Source: Candidatus Omnitrophota bacterium (GTDB lineage: Bacteria; Omnitrophota; Gorgyraeia; Duberdicusellales; 4484-171). From it: a DNA stretch of 64,000 nucleotides. Every line of letters begins with the position of its first letter. The stretch's first letter is position 1. A program made the position numbers and the translations under genes. Positions 1 through 9,423 of the stretch are shown here, in pieces. The notes under the pieces were generated by a model. It had not been told where the DNA came from and did no database searches. It worked only from the letters and a program-made list of their open reading frames with translations. The stretch covers positions 67,116 through 131,115 of the forward strand of contig JBDRAN010000028.1 of the NCBI GenBank assembly GCA_043823745.1, in the 5' to 3' direction.

Positions 1-725
1 TCTTAAGTGACGTTACCAAGCAGCGTGAACTTGATGAGCTCAAGTCTAAATTCGTGGCCAGCGTTTCTCATGAGTTGCGTACGCCGCTGGTGTCGGTGGA
101 GAAGTCTATCTCGTTGATGCTTGCCGGAAAGGAAGAGGGCGCATCGGAAGCGGAGCGTCAGCTGCTGACGATCGCAGATCGGAATTTAAAACGCCTAAGC
201 CTCCTGGTGAACGATATCCTTGATTTTTCGAAGCTTGAAGCAGGGAGAATGGAAGTTAAAAAAGAAACGCTGCCGATCGAGCGAGTGATTGTTGATATTA
301 CCGAAACGCTTACCGCATGGGCGAATACAAAGACGATTAAGCTTGAAAAAAGTATTGATCCCGGCCTTCCCGAGGTTACGATCGATCCATTGAAGATAGG
401 CCAGGTACTGACTAATCTTATCAGCAATGCGATCAAGTTTACTCCCGCCGGAGGCACGGTCACGACCGAGGCAAAGCGTGACCGCGAAAAGAATAATCTT
501 TTGGTCAGCGTCCGAGACACCGGGATTGGAATTTCGGAGAAGGATCTGCCGAAAGTGTTCGATAAATTTTACCAGACCGGCGAACGAGTTTCTTCGGATA
601 TCGCCGGAACGGGATTAGGCTTATCGATTACAAAAGAAATTGTTGAATTGCACGGCGGGGCCATATGGGTTGAGAGTAAAAAAGATCAGGGAGCAACGTT
701 CACATTTTCAATACCATTAGGATAA
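1..725 (+). CDS. Sensor histidine kinase, C-terminal part (5'-truncated by window edge; HisKA H-box + HATPase_c)
   Basis: Frame-3 translation from nt 3 reads ...KFVASVSHELRTPL (H-box). Downstream N, G1 (DTGIGI) and G2 (GTGLGL) boxes are present. The ORF is open to the window start. Confidence 0.8.
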   Translation, partial: LSDVTKQRELDELKSKFVASVSHELRTPLVSVEKSISLMLAGKEEGASEAERQLLTIADRNLKRLSLLVNDILDFSKLEAGRMEVKKETLPIERVIVDITETLTAWANTKTIKLEKSIDPGLPEVTIDPLKIGQVLTNLISNAIKFTPAGGTVTTEAKRDREKNNLLVSVRDTGIGISEKDLPKVFDKFYQTGERVSSDIAGTGLGLSITKEIVELHGGAIWVESKKDQGATFTFSIPLG

Positions 726-806
726 GTGTATCATTCACAAGATGTATTTACCCTATAGTGTCTCGTCATACGTGGAATGGTTGCCTGCCTGCCGGCGAGG
801 CAGGCG

Positions 807-887
807 CAGCCCCCTGCGGGACGTGCTGGAGCACAGCCCCCTTTCGGGGACGCTTCGCAGCCCCCTACGGGACGTGCTGGAGCACAG
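807..887. repeat. Two inverted-orientation copies of a GC-rich palindromic intergenic repeat (same family as 11669-11818)
   Basis: cagccccctgcgggacgtgctggagcacag occurs twice, flanking ccccctttcggggacgcttcg. It is the reverse complement, with a few mismatches, of the unit at 11679-11705. Confidence 0.6.
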
Positions 888-1076
888 CTCGTTACGTCGT
901 GCGCAATGGAAAGGTTGCGTCAAAAACATCGGGAATAAAGACGATAGACGTTTAATACAACCCCGGTCTGTAGGCAGGCAGGGATACGAGCCTCGCAACC
1001 GATAGACGTAGCTCGATAGAATTAATCGCACAAACGGTACATTAGACTTTAAGGCTGTACAAAAAATGGGGGGTAT

Positions 1077-1484
1077 ATGGAAGAGCAAAAAGCGCAGGAA
1101 AACAAAATTCAGGTGTTGGTTGCGGACGATGAGGCCGATTTTCGGCAGCTTATGACATTCTGGCTTGAGTTTAAAGGTTACGCAGTGCTTACGGCTTCAA
1201 ACGGTGAAGAGGCGGCGCAGGTTGTCCGGGACCAAAAGCCCGATATCATATTTATGGATTTACGCATGCCGGTCATGGACGGAGTGGACTCCATCAAAAA
1301 GATTCGAACCTTCAATAAAGATGTCCCGATCATTATTATCAGCGCTTACGTCGATGATCCGAAAGCGAAAAAAGCCATGTCGTACGGTATTTCCGGTGTG
1401 TTTTACAAAGGAGCTGATTTTGCTGAAGGATTATCGCTGCTTGAGTCAGCCTTGCGTACTCATAAGAAATTAAAAAATAAATAA
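1077..1484 (+). CDS. Single-domain response regulator (CheY-like receiver only)
   Basis: VLVADDE...DLRMPVMDG...IIISAY receiver motifs. The protein is 135 aa with no output domain. Confidence 0.8.
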   Translation: MEEQKAQENKIQVLVADDEADFRQLMTFWLEFKGYAVLTASNGEEAAQVVRDQKPDIIFMDLRMPVMDGVDSIKKIRTFNKDVPIIIISAYVDDPKAKKAMSYGISGVFYKGADFAEGLSLLESALRTHKKLKNK

Positions 1485-1512
1485 CTCTTTTTAGTTGCCC
1501 CATTTTGACCCG

Positions 1513-4008
1513 ATGAAAAAATACATATATATTGTTATTCCGTTGCTGCTCGTTTTGGGACTCAACATCTATTTTCGTACCTTCCCGATCGCATTTCCGC
1601 AATTAACTGAGCAGGCGCGCGGAATGGTTAGTGAGCGCATCCGTCAGCAAGCTACTCAGGAAGTTTATGTGAAGTTTCCCCAGTATGACCCGCTCGCCAA
1701 AGAAAAACTCGTTAAGGCTCGGATTGATGAATACCGGGCGCAGGCAAAAGCGCAGATGGAACAGCAGGCGGCCGACATTGCGCGGCAAATGCGGGCTCGC
1801 TACCAGGATGAAAATAACCAGACATATCTGATGGAGCTTGATTGTTGGCATTGGGCACGCTATACGGAAAATGTCGTGTACCAGGGGTATCCGGGCGATG
1901 AGATCCGTGACGGAAAACAATTTGATGTGTTAATGCTTGCTCCCGAGGGGCTTTCGATGCCCTGGGGAAATTTCCTTTTTTATTTATCCGCATTTCTTTA
2001 TAAGGTTTTTTTATTTTTTAAGTTTGTTCCGCTTTTTACCTTTCTCTTTTATCTTCCGATTTTTTTTGCCAGCCTGCTTATTGTTACGCTGTACTTTTTT
2101 TCATTCCGGTTGGGAAAAGCCTTGTGCGCGGTGATAGCGTGTCTTTTTGTGGGCCTGGCTGCTAACTTTATTCCCCGTTCCTGCGCCGGTTGGTTTGACA
2201 AGGATGTTTTGAATCTTCTTTTCCCGCTTCTGATCATATGGCCGTATGCGGTCGCCTATGGCCATGAGACAGTAAAAAAACGAATGCTATGGGTATGCAT
2301 TGCCGGCTTTGCGACCGGTTTATTCGGGTTTACCTGGGAGAACTGGTGGTTTATATTCCTGATCGTTATTATGTATGAGATGCTTTCGATAATTCTTCTG
2401 TCAGTGGTCAAGCGTGACCCGGCCCCGCAGCGAAGCGTGCGCCGTCGTCAGCATTATGTTACCCTTGCCGCATATCTTGGTTTTACGCTTTTATGGCTTT
2501 TGCTCTTTTGCGGCATCGCGCCGCTTCGGTTTATTTACGATCAGGTTCGCGAGGCGATTATTTTAAGTAATCCGATGGCCTCCTCGATGTGGCCCAATGT
2601 TTTTTCTACGGTTGGTGAATTGAAAAAGGCCACCATGCGTGAGGTGGTTGAGTCCGCGGGGGGCCTGGTCATTTTTATTCCCGCCGTGGCCTCGATCATC
2701 GCGATATTTATTCGCGGTTTCTTTTTGCGCTCGTATGATGCGGCGCGCCGATGCGCGGCTATGATTCTGTGTTTGTGGTTCTTGGTAATGTTGTTTGCGT
2801 GTTTCCAGGGTGTACGTTTTGTGGTGTTTTTAGGTGTGCCGGTAGGGATTCTGTTTGGTTGGGGTGTTTCAGAATTCTACGGGTACATTAAAACAAAAAA
2901 CAAAATTATCGCGGGCCTATTCGCGTTTCTTGTTCTGGCGATTGTCGGTGGAATTTTTGTCCCTCGCGCTCAGACTGCCGCGAAGGGAAGTTATCCTCTT
3001 ATGCACGATGGCTGGTATAAGGTGCTGACGATCATACGCGACACCACGCCCCCTGATTCGGTTATTAACTCGTGGTGGGATTTTGGAGATTGGTTTAAGG
3101 TCGTTGGCCAGCGAAAAGTTATTTTTGACGGGCAGAGCCAGAACCGGCCGCAGGCATACTGGATGGCTAAGGCGATTCTTTCAAATAATGAGCAGGAGTC
3201 ATTAGGGATCTTGCGGATGCTGAATAACGGCGCCAACAAAGCGTTTACCGTTATTGACGGGTATTTAAAGGATCCGTTGCGTTCCATTCTTCTTCTTGAG
3301 ACTGCGATTCCGGTTGATCTCCAGCGTGCCCGCCAGATGCTCTCCGATTTCTTGCCGGCACGTGCGGTTGACGAGGTGATCTTGCTTCTGTTTGATAAGC
3401 CGGGCAACGCTTACTTCTTTGTGGATTACTCGATGATCTATAAAATTACCGCTATTTCATATTTGGGAAACTGGAATTTCTCTAAGGTTTATATCGCGCA
3501 GAATATCAATAAAAAAGAAAAAGCGGAGATTATTGATTACCTGGTGAAATTGGGAAAGAATAAGGATGAGATGGAGCGCTTGTATCAGGAAGCGTTTTTG
3601 ATAAGCGGTCGCGATCTTGATAAATGGGTTTCGCGGCCGGTCCAGTTTTATAGCGGAGTCCTGCGCGGCACGCCGCAAGGTAACACAATTTTTTTTAATG
3701 GCGGTATGGTATTTAATACGGAAAATAAGAGTGCGTATACGATTGACGGGAAGATACCACGTAGCGTGTTTTATCAGGATGGCGACATGTTTCGGGAGGT
3801 TGTGTTTCAGAACGCGAATATGGCGGTTTCCTTTTTGGTGTATAAGGCCAACAATGAATACCGGGGTGTTTTACTTGACCGGGAGTTAGCCAACAGCCTC
3901 TTTGTAAAATTGTATTTTTTAAAAGGTAAGGGCCTCGCGCATTTTAAAACCCACATCGATGCCGAGGAAGGGGAAAATTATTTAGGTAGCTTTAAGATTG
4001 AATGGTGA
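1513..4008 (+). CDS. STT3/AglB/PglB-family oligosaccharyltransferase catalytic subunit (GT-C)
   Basis: A polytopic N-terminal half is followed by a soluble C-terminal domain. Motifs: LMELDCWHWARY in the first external loop (compare STT3 EFDPWFNYR), FSTVGEL (TIxE/SVSE-type loop motif), and SWWDFGDWFK (WWDYG signature) followed by IFDGQS...AYWMAKAIL (compare STT3 LADGNT...IATIGKML). A TTG at 1495 is an alternative start. Confidence 0.78.
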   Translation: MKKYIYIVIPLLLVLGLNIYFRTFPIAFPQLTEQARGMVSERIRQQATQEVYVKFPQYDPLAKEKLVKARIDEYRAQAKAQMEQQAADIARQMRARYQDENNQTYLMELDCWHWARYTENVVYQGYPGDEIRDGKQFDVLMLAPEGLSMPWGNFLFYLSAFLYKVFLFFKFVPLFTFLFYLPIFFASLLIVTLYFFSFRLGKALCAVIACLFVGLAANFIPRSCAGWFDKDVLNLLFPLLIIWPYAVAYGHETVKKRMLWVCIAGFATGLFGFTWENWWFIFLIVIMYEMLSIILLSVVKRDPAPQRSVRRRQHYVTLAAYLGFTLLWLLLFCGIAPLRFIYDQVREAIILSNPMASSMWPNVFSTVGELKKATMREVVESAGGLVIFIPAVASIIAIFIRGFFLRSYDAARRCAAMILCLWFLVMLFACFQGVRFVVFLGVPVGILFGWGVSEFYGYIKTKNKIIAGLFAFLVLAIVGGIFVPRAQTAAKGSYPLMHDGWYKVLTIIRDTTPPDSVINSWWDFGDWFKVVGQRKVIFDGQSQNRPQAYWMAKAILSNNEQESLGILRMLNNGANKAFTVIDGYLKDPLRSILLLETAIPVDLQRARQMLSDFLPARAVDEVILLLFDKPGNAYFFVDYSMIYKITAISYLGNWNFSKVYIAQNINKKEKAEIIDYLVKLGKNKDEMERLYQEAFLISGRDLDKWVSRPVQFYSGVLRGTPQGNTIFFNGGMVFNTENKSAYTIDGKIPRSVFYQDGDMFREVVFQNANMAVSFLVYKANNEYRGVLLDRELANSLFVKLYFLKGKGLAHFKTHIDAEEGENYLGSFKIEW

Positions 4009-4011
4009 ACT

Positions 4012-5154
4012 ATGGATGTTGCGGTTGAAGTTTCGGTAGTGATGCCGTGTTTGAATGAGGGAGCGTCAATTGGCGCCTGCATCGAAAAGATTAAGGACGT
4101 TTTTTCCCGTGAGCATATCAACGGAGAGATAATCGTTTCCGATAATGGCTCAACTGATCGGTCGCGGGAAGTCGCTCACGCCGCCGGTGCGCGCGTGGTG
4201 AGTGAGCCGCGCAAAGGGTACGGCGCTGCCTACCTGCGGGGATTATCCGAGGTGCGGGGCAGCTACGTTGTTATCAGTGACAGTGATAATACGTATGATT
4301 TCAATGATATTCCGAAATTTGTGGCGGCGCTTAAAGGCGGCTATGATTTTGTGATGGGCTCGCGTTTTAAGGGAGCTATTCAGCAAGGCGCGATGAGCTT
4401 CTCACATCGCTATATCGGCAATCCTATTCTTTCGGGGTTGTGCCGGCTTTTTTTTCGCACAACGCTATCCGATATCCATTGCGGTATGCGCGCGTTCACC
4501 TATGGCGCCTATAAGAAAATGGGGCTTATGACACTGGGGATGGAGTTTGCGACCGAAATGGTTGTTTCGGCATTGACGAATAATCTTAAGATTTACGAGA
4601 TCCCGATCAATTATCATCCCCGCACCGGAGAGTCGAAGCTGAGTCCCTTAATTGACGCCTGGCGTCATGTGCGGTTTATGCTCCTGTATTGTCCTTTGTG
4701 GCTTTATTTTGTGCCGGGCATGGTTGGTTTGTGCGTGGGGTTTGTTTTTATGTTTTTCCTGATGCGAGGACCGTTCTTATTTCTAGGCCATCAGTGGGAT
4801 GTCCACATGATGGTATTTGCCAGTATGCTGTGTATCTTTTCGTATCAGATTATTAATCTTGGCGTATACGCGCATACCTACGGTATCCGGCAGGGATTCT
4901 TGAAATATGACCGGCTCACGTTATTCTTCCAGCGCCATTTTAATCTTGAACGGGGGATTATTCTTGGCGGTTTTATCCTGCTGGTCGGCTTTGGTATGAG
5001 TCTTTTTATCGTTATTGAGTGGTTGGCAAAGCATTTCGGAGCGCTTTCGCGCGTGCGCGAGTCTATTGTCGCGATGACATTTCTTATCATTGGCTTACAA
5101 ACAATATTTTCATCATTTTTTGTCAGTTTATTATTTATTGAGCGGAAGCAATAA
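4012..5154 (+). CDS. GT2 glycosyltransferase with C-terminal TM helices (polyprenyl-phosphate sugar synthase-like, DPM1/GtrB type)
   Basis: VVMPCLNE...IIVSDNGSTD...SDSDNTYD GT-A motifs. The C-terminus (~130 aa) is hydrophobic. Its start lies 4 nt after the OST stop. Confidence 0.75.
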   Translation: MDVAVEVSVVMPCLNEGASIGACIEKIKDVFSREHINGEIIVSDNGSTDRSREVAHAAGARVVSEPRKGYGAAYLRGLSEVRGSYVVISDSDNTYDFNDIPKFVAALKGGYDFVMGSRFKGAIQQGAMSFSHRYIGNPILSGLCRLFFRTTLSDIHCGMRAFTYGAYKKMGLMTLGMEFATEMVVSALTNNLKIYEIPINYHPRTGESKLSPLIDAWRHVRFMLLYCPLWLYFVPGMVGLCVGFVFMFFLMRGPFLFLGHQWDVHMMVFASMLCIFSYQIINLGVYAHTYGIRQGFLKYDRLTLFFQRHFNLERGIILGGFILLVGFGMSLFIVIEWLAKHFGALSRVRESIVAMTFLIIGLQTIFSSFFVSLLFIERKQ

Positions 5155-5202
5155 CAACGTACCCGGTTTCTTCGCGCCCTACGCCGCATAATCGAATTAT
5201 AC

Positions 5203-6846
5203 ATGTCTAACTGGAAACAATTAGTTATTCTGCTTCTTATACTCATTCTGGGGCTTGCCTTGCGTATATATAATCTTGATTTTCCTTCCATCGGGTACCA
5301 TAACATGAAGGAAAACGAATCATTGAGTATTGCCCAGTTGATGCGCGCAAGCGGAGATTACACCAATCAGAAGGTCTATTTTGTCGACGGTCTTTCCGAT
5401 ACGCCGCGATATAATTCGGGAGGGCAATTACCCCTTGTCCCCTATCAGATACTGTTTGCCTGGAATATATGGGGTGAGAATCTTTGGGGACCGCGCCTCG
5501 TGAATGTCATATTCGGGATACTTTCCGTGGTGCTGCTCTGGTGTCTGGGGCGCCTGTTCTATAAAGACGCGTTATGCGCGCTTTCCGCGGCATTGTTGCT
5601 TGCTCTTATGCCGATTGCGGTTTTTTTCTCGCGGAATCTGCAGGCAGAAAGCCCCGCGCTCTTTTTTATGCTTGCCGCAACGCTGCTTGGCGCGCGCTTT
5701 GCCGCGTCCGGTAAGCATTATAATCTTTTTCTGTCCGGCATCTGTATGGTTATAAGCTGGCTTTATAAATTCAATTTTCTTATCGGAGTAGTACCGCTTT
5801 TATTTATGCTCCCGTACCGGCGTCTTTTTACGAGCTGGAAAAAAGGATTGTTGTTCTGCGTGTCGTTTGTGATTCCGTATGCCGGCGCGATTGTGTATGC
5901 GTATGCGCATAACCTTTTCTCCGGCGTGCCGGCACTGGGTGAGAGCATTATTGACGCCTGTATGCTTTCCTATTGGAAGGCCCACGGCGACATGATTCTG
6001 TGGTATGTTAAAGTTGAGAATTTTACGCTTGTGTTTGCCTTTCTTGCCGTTGCCGGTGTATGTCTTGCTTGTTTTAATCGTAGGAGTCTCTTTGATCGCT
6101 ATTGTATCGGATCTTTGGCCGCAGCTATTGTATACACAGGGGTCTATAGCGCCCAGATTTATCAAAATAACTTTTCCCAGATGCCTTTTGTTGTTATGGT
6201 GTGTTGTGCGGCAGTATACGCGGTGCAGTTTGTTGCCGCGGAACTGAAGCGTTTTTTTGGAAAGAATTTATTTATAGTCGTAATGATCGCCGCTATCGGG
6301 ATATCGTCACCGGCAATCTATGGCGCGTTGCAGCGGATGCAGGTAACATTTTTTGCCGGTCTTGATGCCGCGGGCGCGACCCTACAGGAGTTTTCAAAAC
6401 CACAGGAGCGCGTTTTCCTTTTAACCTACGCGCAAGGTAATGCCATTGCCCGTTACGCGCGCCGGTATATGGGTTGGCCGGCAACGCTTGCCGAGATGCA
6501 GGAAAAAGAAAAGCAATACGGAATACGCCTGATGTGTATTTATCCTGCCGATTACTACGGCGTATTGCAGAGGAATAATCCCGATATTGCCGCGTATATT
6601 AAAAATAATTATCGGGTCAAAGAGGCGGGCTTGATTGAGAAGCCCAATAATCTCGTTTATTTTATTCTGGAGAGGGGCGTTGAGGGGAAAACGATTGAAA
6701 ACTATCTTGAATCAGCCAAGATTCAGCTTATTCCGCGCGCGATCTATAAGGTCTGGGGTAATTATTTTTTCTTTTACGCCATACGGCCTGAGAATATTAT
6801 GCCTCAAGATGCTGCTGTCGTAGACGAAACAAAGACTCAAAAATAA
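5203..6846 (+). CDS. GT-C fold membrane glycosyltransferase (ArnT/PMT-like, GT39/GT83-type)
   Basis: N-terminal LILGLALRIYNLDFPSIGYHNMKENES is typical of ArnT/PMT_2 loop-1. About 12 predicted TM segments. Confidence 0.6.
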   Translation: MSNWKQLVILLLILILGLALRIYNLDFPSIGYHNMKENESLSIAQLMRASGDYTNQKVYFVDGLSDTPRYNSGGQLPLVPYQILFAWNIWGENLWGPRLVNVIFGILSVVLLWCLGRLFYKDALCALSAALLLALMPIAVFFSRNLQAESPALFFMLAATLLGARFAASGKHYNLFLSGICMVISWLYKFNFLIGVVPLLFMLPYRRLFTSWKKGLLFCVSFVIPYAGAIVYAYAHNLFSGVPALGESIIDACMLSYWKAHGDMILWYVKVENFTLVFAFLAVAGVCLACFNRRSLFDRYCIGSLAAAIVYTGVYSAQIYQNNFSQMPFVVMVCCAAVYAVQFVAAELKRFFGKNLFIVVMIAAIGISSPAIYGALQRMQVTFFAGLDAAGATLQEFSKPQERVFLLTYAQGNAIARYARRYMGWPATLAEMQEKEKQYGIRLMCIYPADYYGVLQRNNPDIAAYIKNNYRVKEAGLIEKPNNLVYFILERGVEGKTIENYLESAKIQLIPRAIYKVWGNYFFFYAIRPENIMPQDAAVVDETKTQK

Positions 6847-8297
6847 TGAGTACCGAGATTCTGGTCATTAATGAACCGTTTGTGAAGGATTTCTGCCGGA
6901 CACAGCGCTGGGCAGCGCGAACGCGCGGCAGGGTTCTGCGCGCGCCGGATTGGCTTGCCTACGCCACGGCGGTTCTTGAGCGCGCGGGGCATAAGGTTCG
7001 GCTTCTTGATATGGTGGCACGAGGAGAGAGTAAGGAAGATCTGCGCCGCATGGTGACCCAGGAAAAACCGCGCTTTGTCGTTTTGGATTCGACAACGCCT
7101 TCAATACATTCAGATATTGGCTGTGCCGCACTTGTAAAAGAGGCTTCTAATGCCCGCGTCATTATGGTCGGGCCGCATATTTCGGTCCTGCCGATTGAAA
7201 CCCTGCGTGCTGCGCGTGGCGTAGTTGATGTTGCCTGTATTGGCGAGTACGATTGTACGGTACGCGAGGTAATAGAAAATTTTAGTAACCTTGATGTTGT
7301 TCCGGGGATTGCATATTATAAGAACGGAGAAATCAGCACAACTGGAGCACGGCCGTTGCTTGAGGATCTTGATACGCTTCCGTTTCCGGCGTGGGAGCAT
7401 CTTGATTTAATGAAATATTTTGACGGTGGAAAACTGTATCCGTATATTGATATTATTTCAGGCCGCGGATGTCCTAACCAGTGTATTTTTTGTCTGTGGC
7501 CGCAGGTGATGCATGGTACGCGATATCGTTTTCGTAGGGTCACTCGTGTTGTCGATGAGATTGAGCACGATATTAAACTCTGCCCCCAGGTTGTGCGCGG
7601 CGGTGAATTCTTTTTTGAGGACGATACGTTTACCGCTGACCGCGCTCGTGCGATGCTCTTGTGTGAAGAGATTCTGCGGCGTAACCTAAAAATAACATTT
7701 TCGGTCAACGCGCGCGTTGATACCGCCGATAGCAGGATGTTTTCTCTAATGAAACGCGCGGGTTGCCGGGAACTATTGGTAGGTTTTGAATCAGGAGCAC
7801 AAGAGGTTCTTGATACCGCGCATAAAAATATCACGATAGAACAGTCACGTCAATTTATGCGTGAGGCGAAGAAAGCAGGCCTCGAGGTTCACGGTTGCTT
7901 TGTTATTGGCCTTCCCGGTGAAACGCAGGCGAGCGCGCAGAAAACGATAGACTTTGCTTTGTCTCTTGGCTGTGATACAATTCAATTTTCGGGCGCTGTT
8001 CCGTTTCCGGGGACACGCTTTTTTACGATGGCGCAGGAGGAGGGTTGGCTTACGACTACCGAATGGCAGGATTGGCTTGATGGAGGGGAGCAGAAGGGAG
8101 TTATCAGCTACCCGCATTTGTCACAACGTAAAATTGACTCTTTTGTCGATGAGGGTTTGCGGAAGTTTTATTTGAGGCCTTCCTATATTTTGAAGTTTTT
8201 ATTTAAGACAAGGAGCACTGCGGATTTGTATCGCAAATTACGCGGCGCAAAAAATTATCTCGGGTATTTATTTAGTTCTAAACAGAAAAGCGTGTAG
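6846..8297 (+). CDS. Cobalamin-binding (class B) radical SAM enzyme
   Basis: B12-binding-like N-domain, then GRGCPNQCIFC (CxxxCxxC). TAATG overlap with the upstream gene. Confidence 0.8.
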   Translation: MSTEILVINEPFVKDFCRTQRWAARTRGRVLRAPDWLAYATAVLERAGHKVRLLDMVARGESKEDLRRMVTQEKPRFVVLDSTTPSIHSDIGCAALVKEASNARVIMVGPHISVLPIETLRAARGVVDVACIGEYDCTVREVIENFSNLDVVPGIAYYKNGEISTTGARPLLEDLDTLPFPAWEHLDLMKYFDGGKLYPYIDIISGRGCPNQCIFCLWPQVMHGTRYRFRRVTRVVDEIEHDIKLCPQVVRGGEFFFEDDTFTADRARAMLLCEEILRRNLKITFSVNARVDTADSRMFSLMKRAGCRELLVGFESGAQEVLDTAHKNITIEQSRQFMREAKKAGLEVHGCFVIGLPGETQASAQKTIDFALSLGCDTIQFSGAVPFPGTRFFTMAQEEGWLTTTEWQDWLDGGEQKGVISYPHLSQRKIDSFVDEGLRKFYLRPSYILKFLFKTRSTADLYRKLRGAKNYLGYLFSSKQKSV

Positions 8298-8334
8298 GGA
8301 TGCTGCGCTGTGCGAGTGATAAAAGCGATTGTTA

Positions 8335-8470
8335 CCGGAAGGGCTTGTTTGCCCCGTTTCTCCTGTGGGAGATTGAAACAATGAAGGCTTTAGTTACCGG
8401 AGGGGCTGGTTCACCCCGCCCCTCCTATGGGAGATTGGAATGATGAAGGCCTTGGTTACGGGAGGGGCGG
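8335..8470. repeat. About 2.5 tandem copies of a ~60-bp unit spanning hairpin + RBS + ATGAAGGC..GTTACCGGAGGGGC (duplicated 5' end of the epimerase gene)
   Basis: GTTACCGGA(A/G)GGGC...CTCCT(G/A)TGGGAGATTG(A/G)AA..ATGAAGGC recurs at 8328, 8389 and 8443. The middle copy encodes a 20-aa uORF, MKALVTGGAGSPRPSYGRLE. Confidence 0.7.
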
Positions 8471-9423
8471 GGTTCATCGGTTCTCATCTTGTAGAGCTCT
8501 TGCTCGCGCAAGGTATGCGCGTGTGCGCGATTGATAATTTAGCGACCGGAAGGCTCCATAATCTTAGCCAGGCCAGGCGTAATAAAAAATTTTCTTTTAT
8601 AAAGGTTGATGTTTCAGGTGGACGGAGCATAGGGAAATATTTTCGCGGCGTTGATTTTGTGTTCCATTTGGCGGCACTTGCGGATATTGTGCCCTCGGTA
8701 GTCGATCCGCTTACCTATCACACTGCGAACGTTAACGGAACGATCGCGGTGCTTGAGGCATCCCGGCAGGCGCGTGTTAAGAAATTTCTCTATGCTGCGT
8801 CAAGTTCTTGCTATGGCCTGGCAACCCTGCTTCCAACACCGGAAGACGCTCCCATTGCACCGCAATATCCGTATGCCTTGACGAAATGGTTGGGTGAGGA
8901 ATATGTGCGGCACTGGGCGCATGTGTATAAAATGCCGTTTGTTTCTTTGCGGCTTTTTAACGTATACGGGCCGCGCTCACGCACCAGCGGCGCCTATGGT
9001 GCGGTATTTGGTGTGTTTCTGGCGCAAAAACTGCACGGCAAACCTTTCACGGTTGTCGGTGATGGCACCCAGAAGCGTGATTTTATTTATGTGAGTGATG
9101 TGGCCGGCGCGTTTTATAGTGCCGCGGTCGCCAAAATTACCAATACGATTTTTAATGTTGGTTCAAGTGCCCCCCAGAGCATTAATACCTTGGTGCGATT
9201 GCTCCAGGGTCCTTTTGTGCATATTCCAAAACGGCCGGGTGAACCTGATTGCACCTGGGCTGATACGAGTAGAATTAAAAAAGAGTTAGGCTGGCAAGCG
9301 CAGGTAAGTTTTTCTGAGGGTGTACGCAGGATGCTTGCGCATATTGATTATTGGAAAACAGCTCCCGTTTGGACGCCGCAGCGGATTGCCAGGGCAACCG
9401 GCGATTGGTTTAAATATTTATGA
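8440..9423 (+). CDS. NAD-dependent sugar-nucleotide epimerase/dehydratase (extended SDR)
   Basis: VTGGAGFIGSHL Rossmann motif, YxxxK region and GDGTQKRDFIYVSDVA motif. Confidence 0.8.
   Translation: MMKALVTGGAGFIGSHLVELLLAQGMRVCAIDNLATGRLHNLSQARRNKKFSFIKVDVSGGRSIGKYFRGVDFVFHLAALADIVPSVVDPLTYHTANVNGTIAVLEASRQARVKKFLYAASSSCYGLATLLPTPEDAPIAPQYPYALTKWLGEEYVRHWAHVYKMPFVSLRLFNVYGPRSRTSGAYGAVFGVFLAQKLHGKPFTVVGDGTQKRDFIYVSDVAGAFYSAAVAKITNTIFNVGSSAPQSINTLVRLLQGPFVHIPKRPGEPDCTWADTSRIKKELGWQAQVSFSEGVRRMLAHIDYWKTAPVWTPQRIARATGDWFKYL

Noticed and set aside
158-520. Antisense or overlapping ORFs within well-supported genes (e.g. 158-520 -, 7316-7834 -, 9483-10049 -, 21528-22052 -, 22075-22608 -, 38763-39293 +, 53456-53938 -)
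   Set aside because: They sit entirely inside longer ORFs that carry clear catalytic motifs on the opposite strand or frame. They have no motifs of their own and are typical GC-rich antisense open frames.
742-1088. ORFs 742-1005 (+), 758-955 (+) and 753-1088 (-) in the kinase-regulator spacer
   Set aside because: They span copies of the GC-rich palindromic repeat. Mirrored peptides on both strands (SPLRDVLEH) indicate repeat DNA rather than genes.
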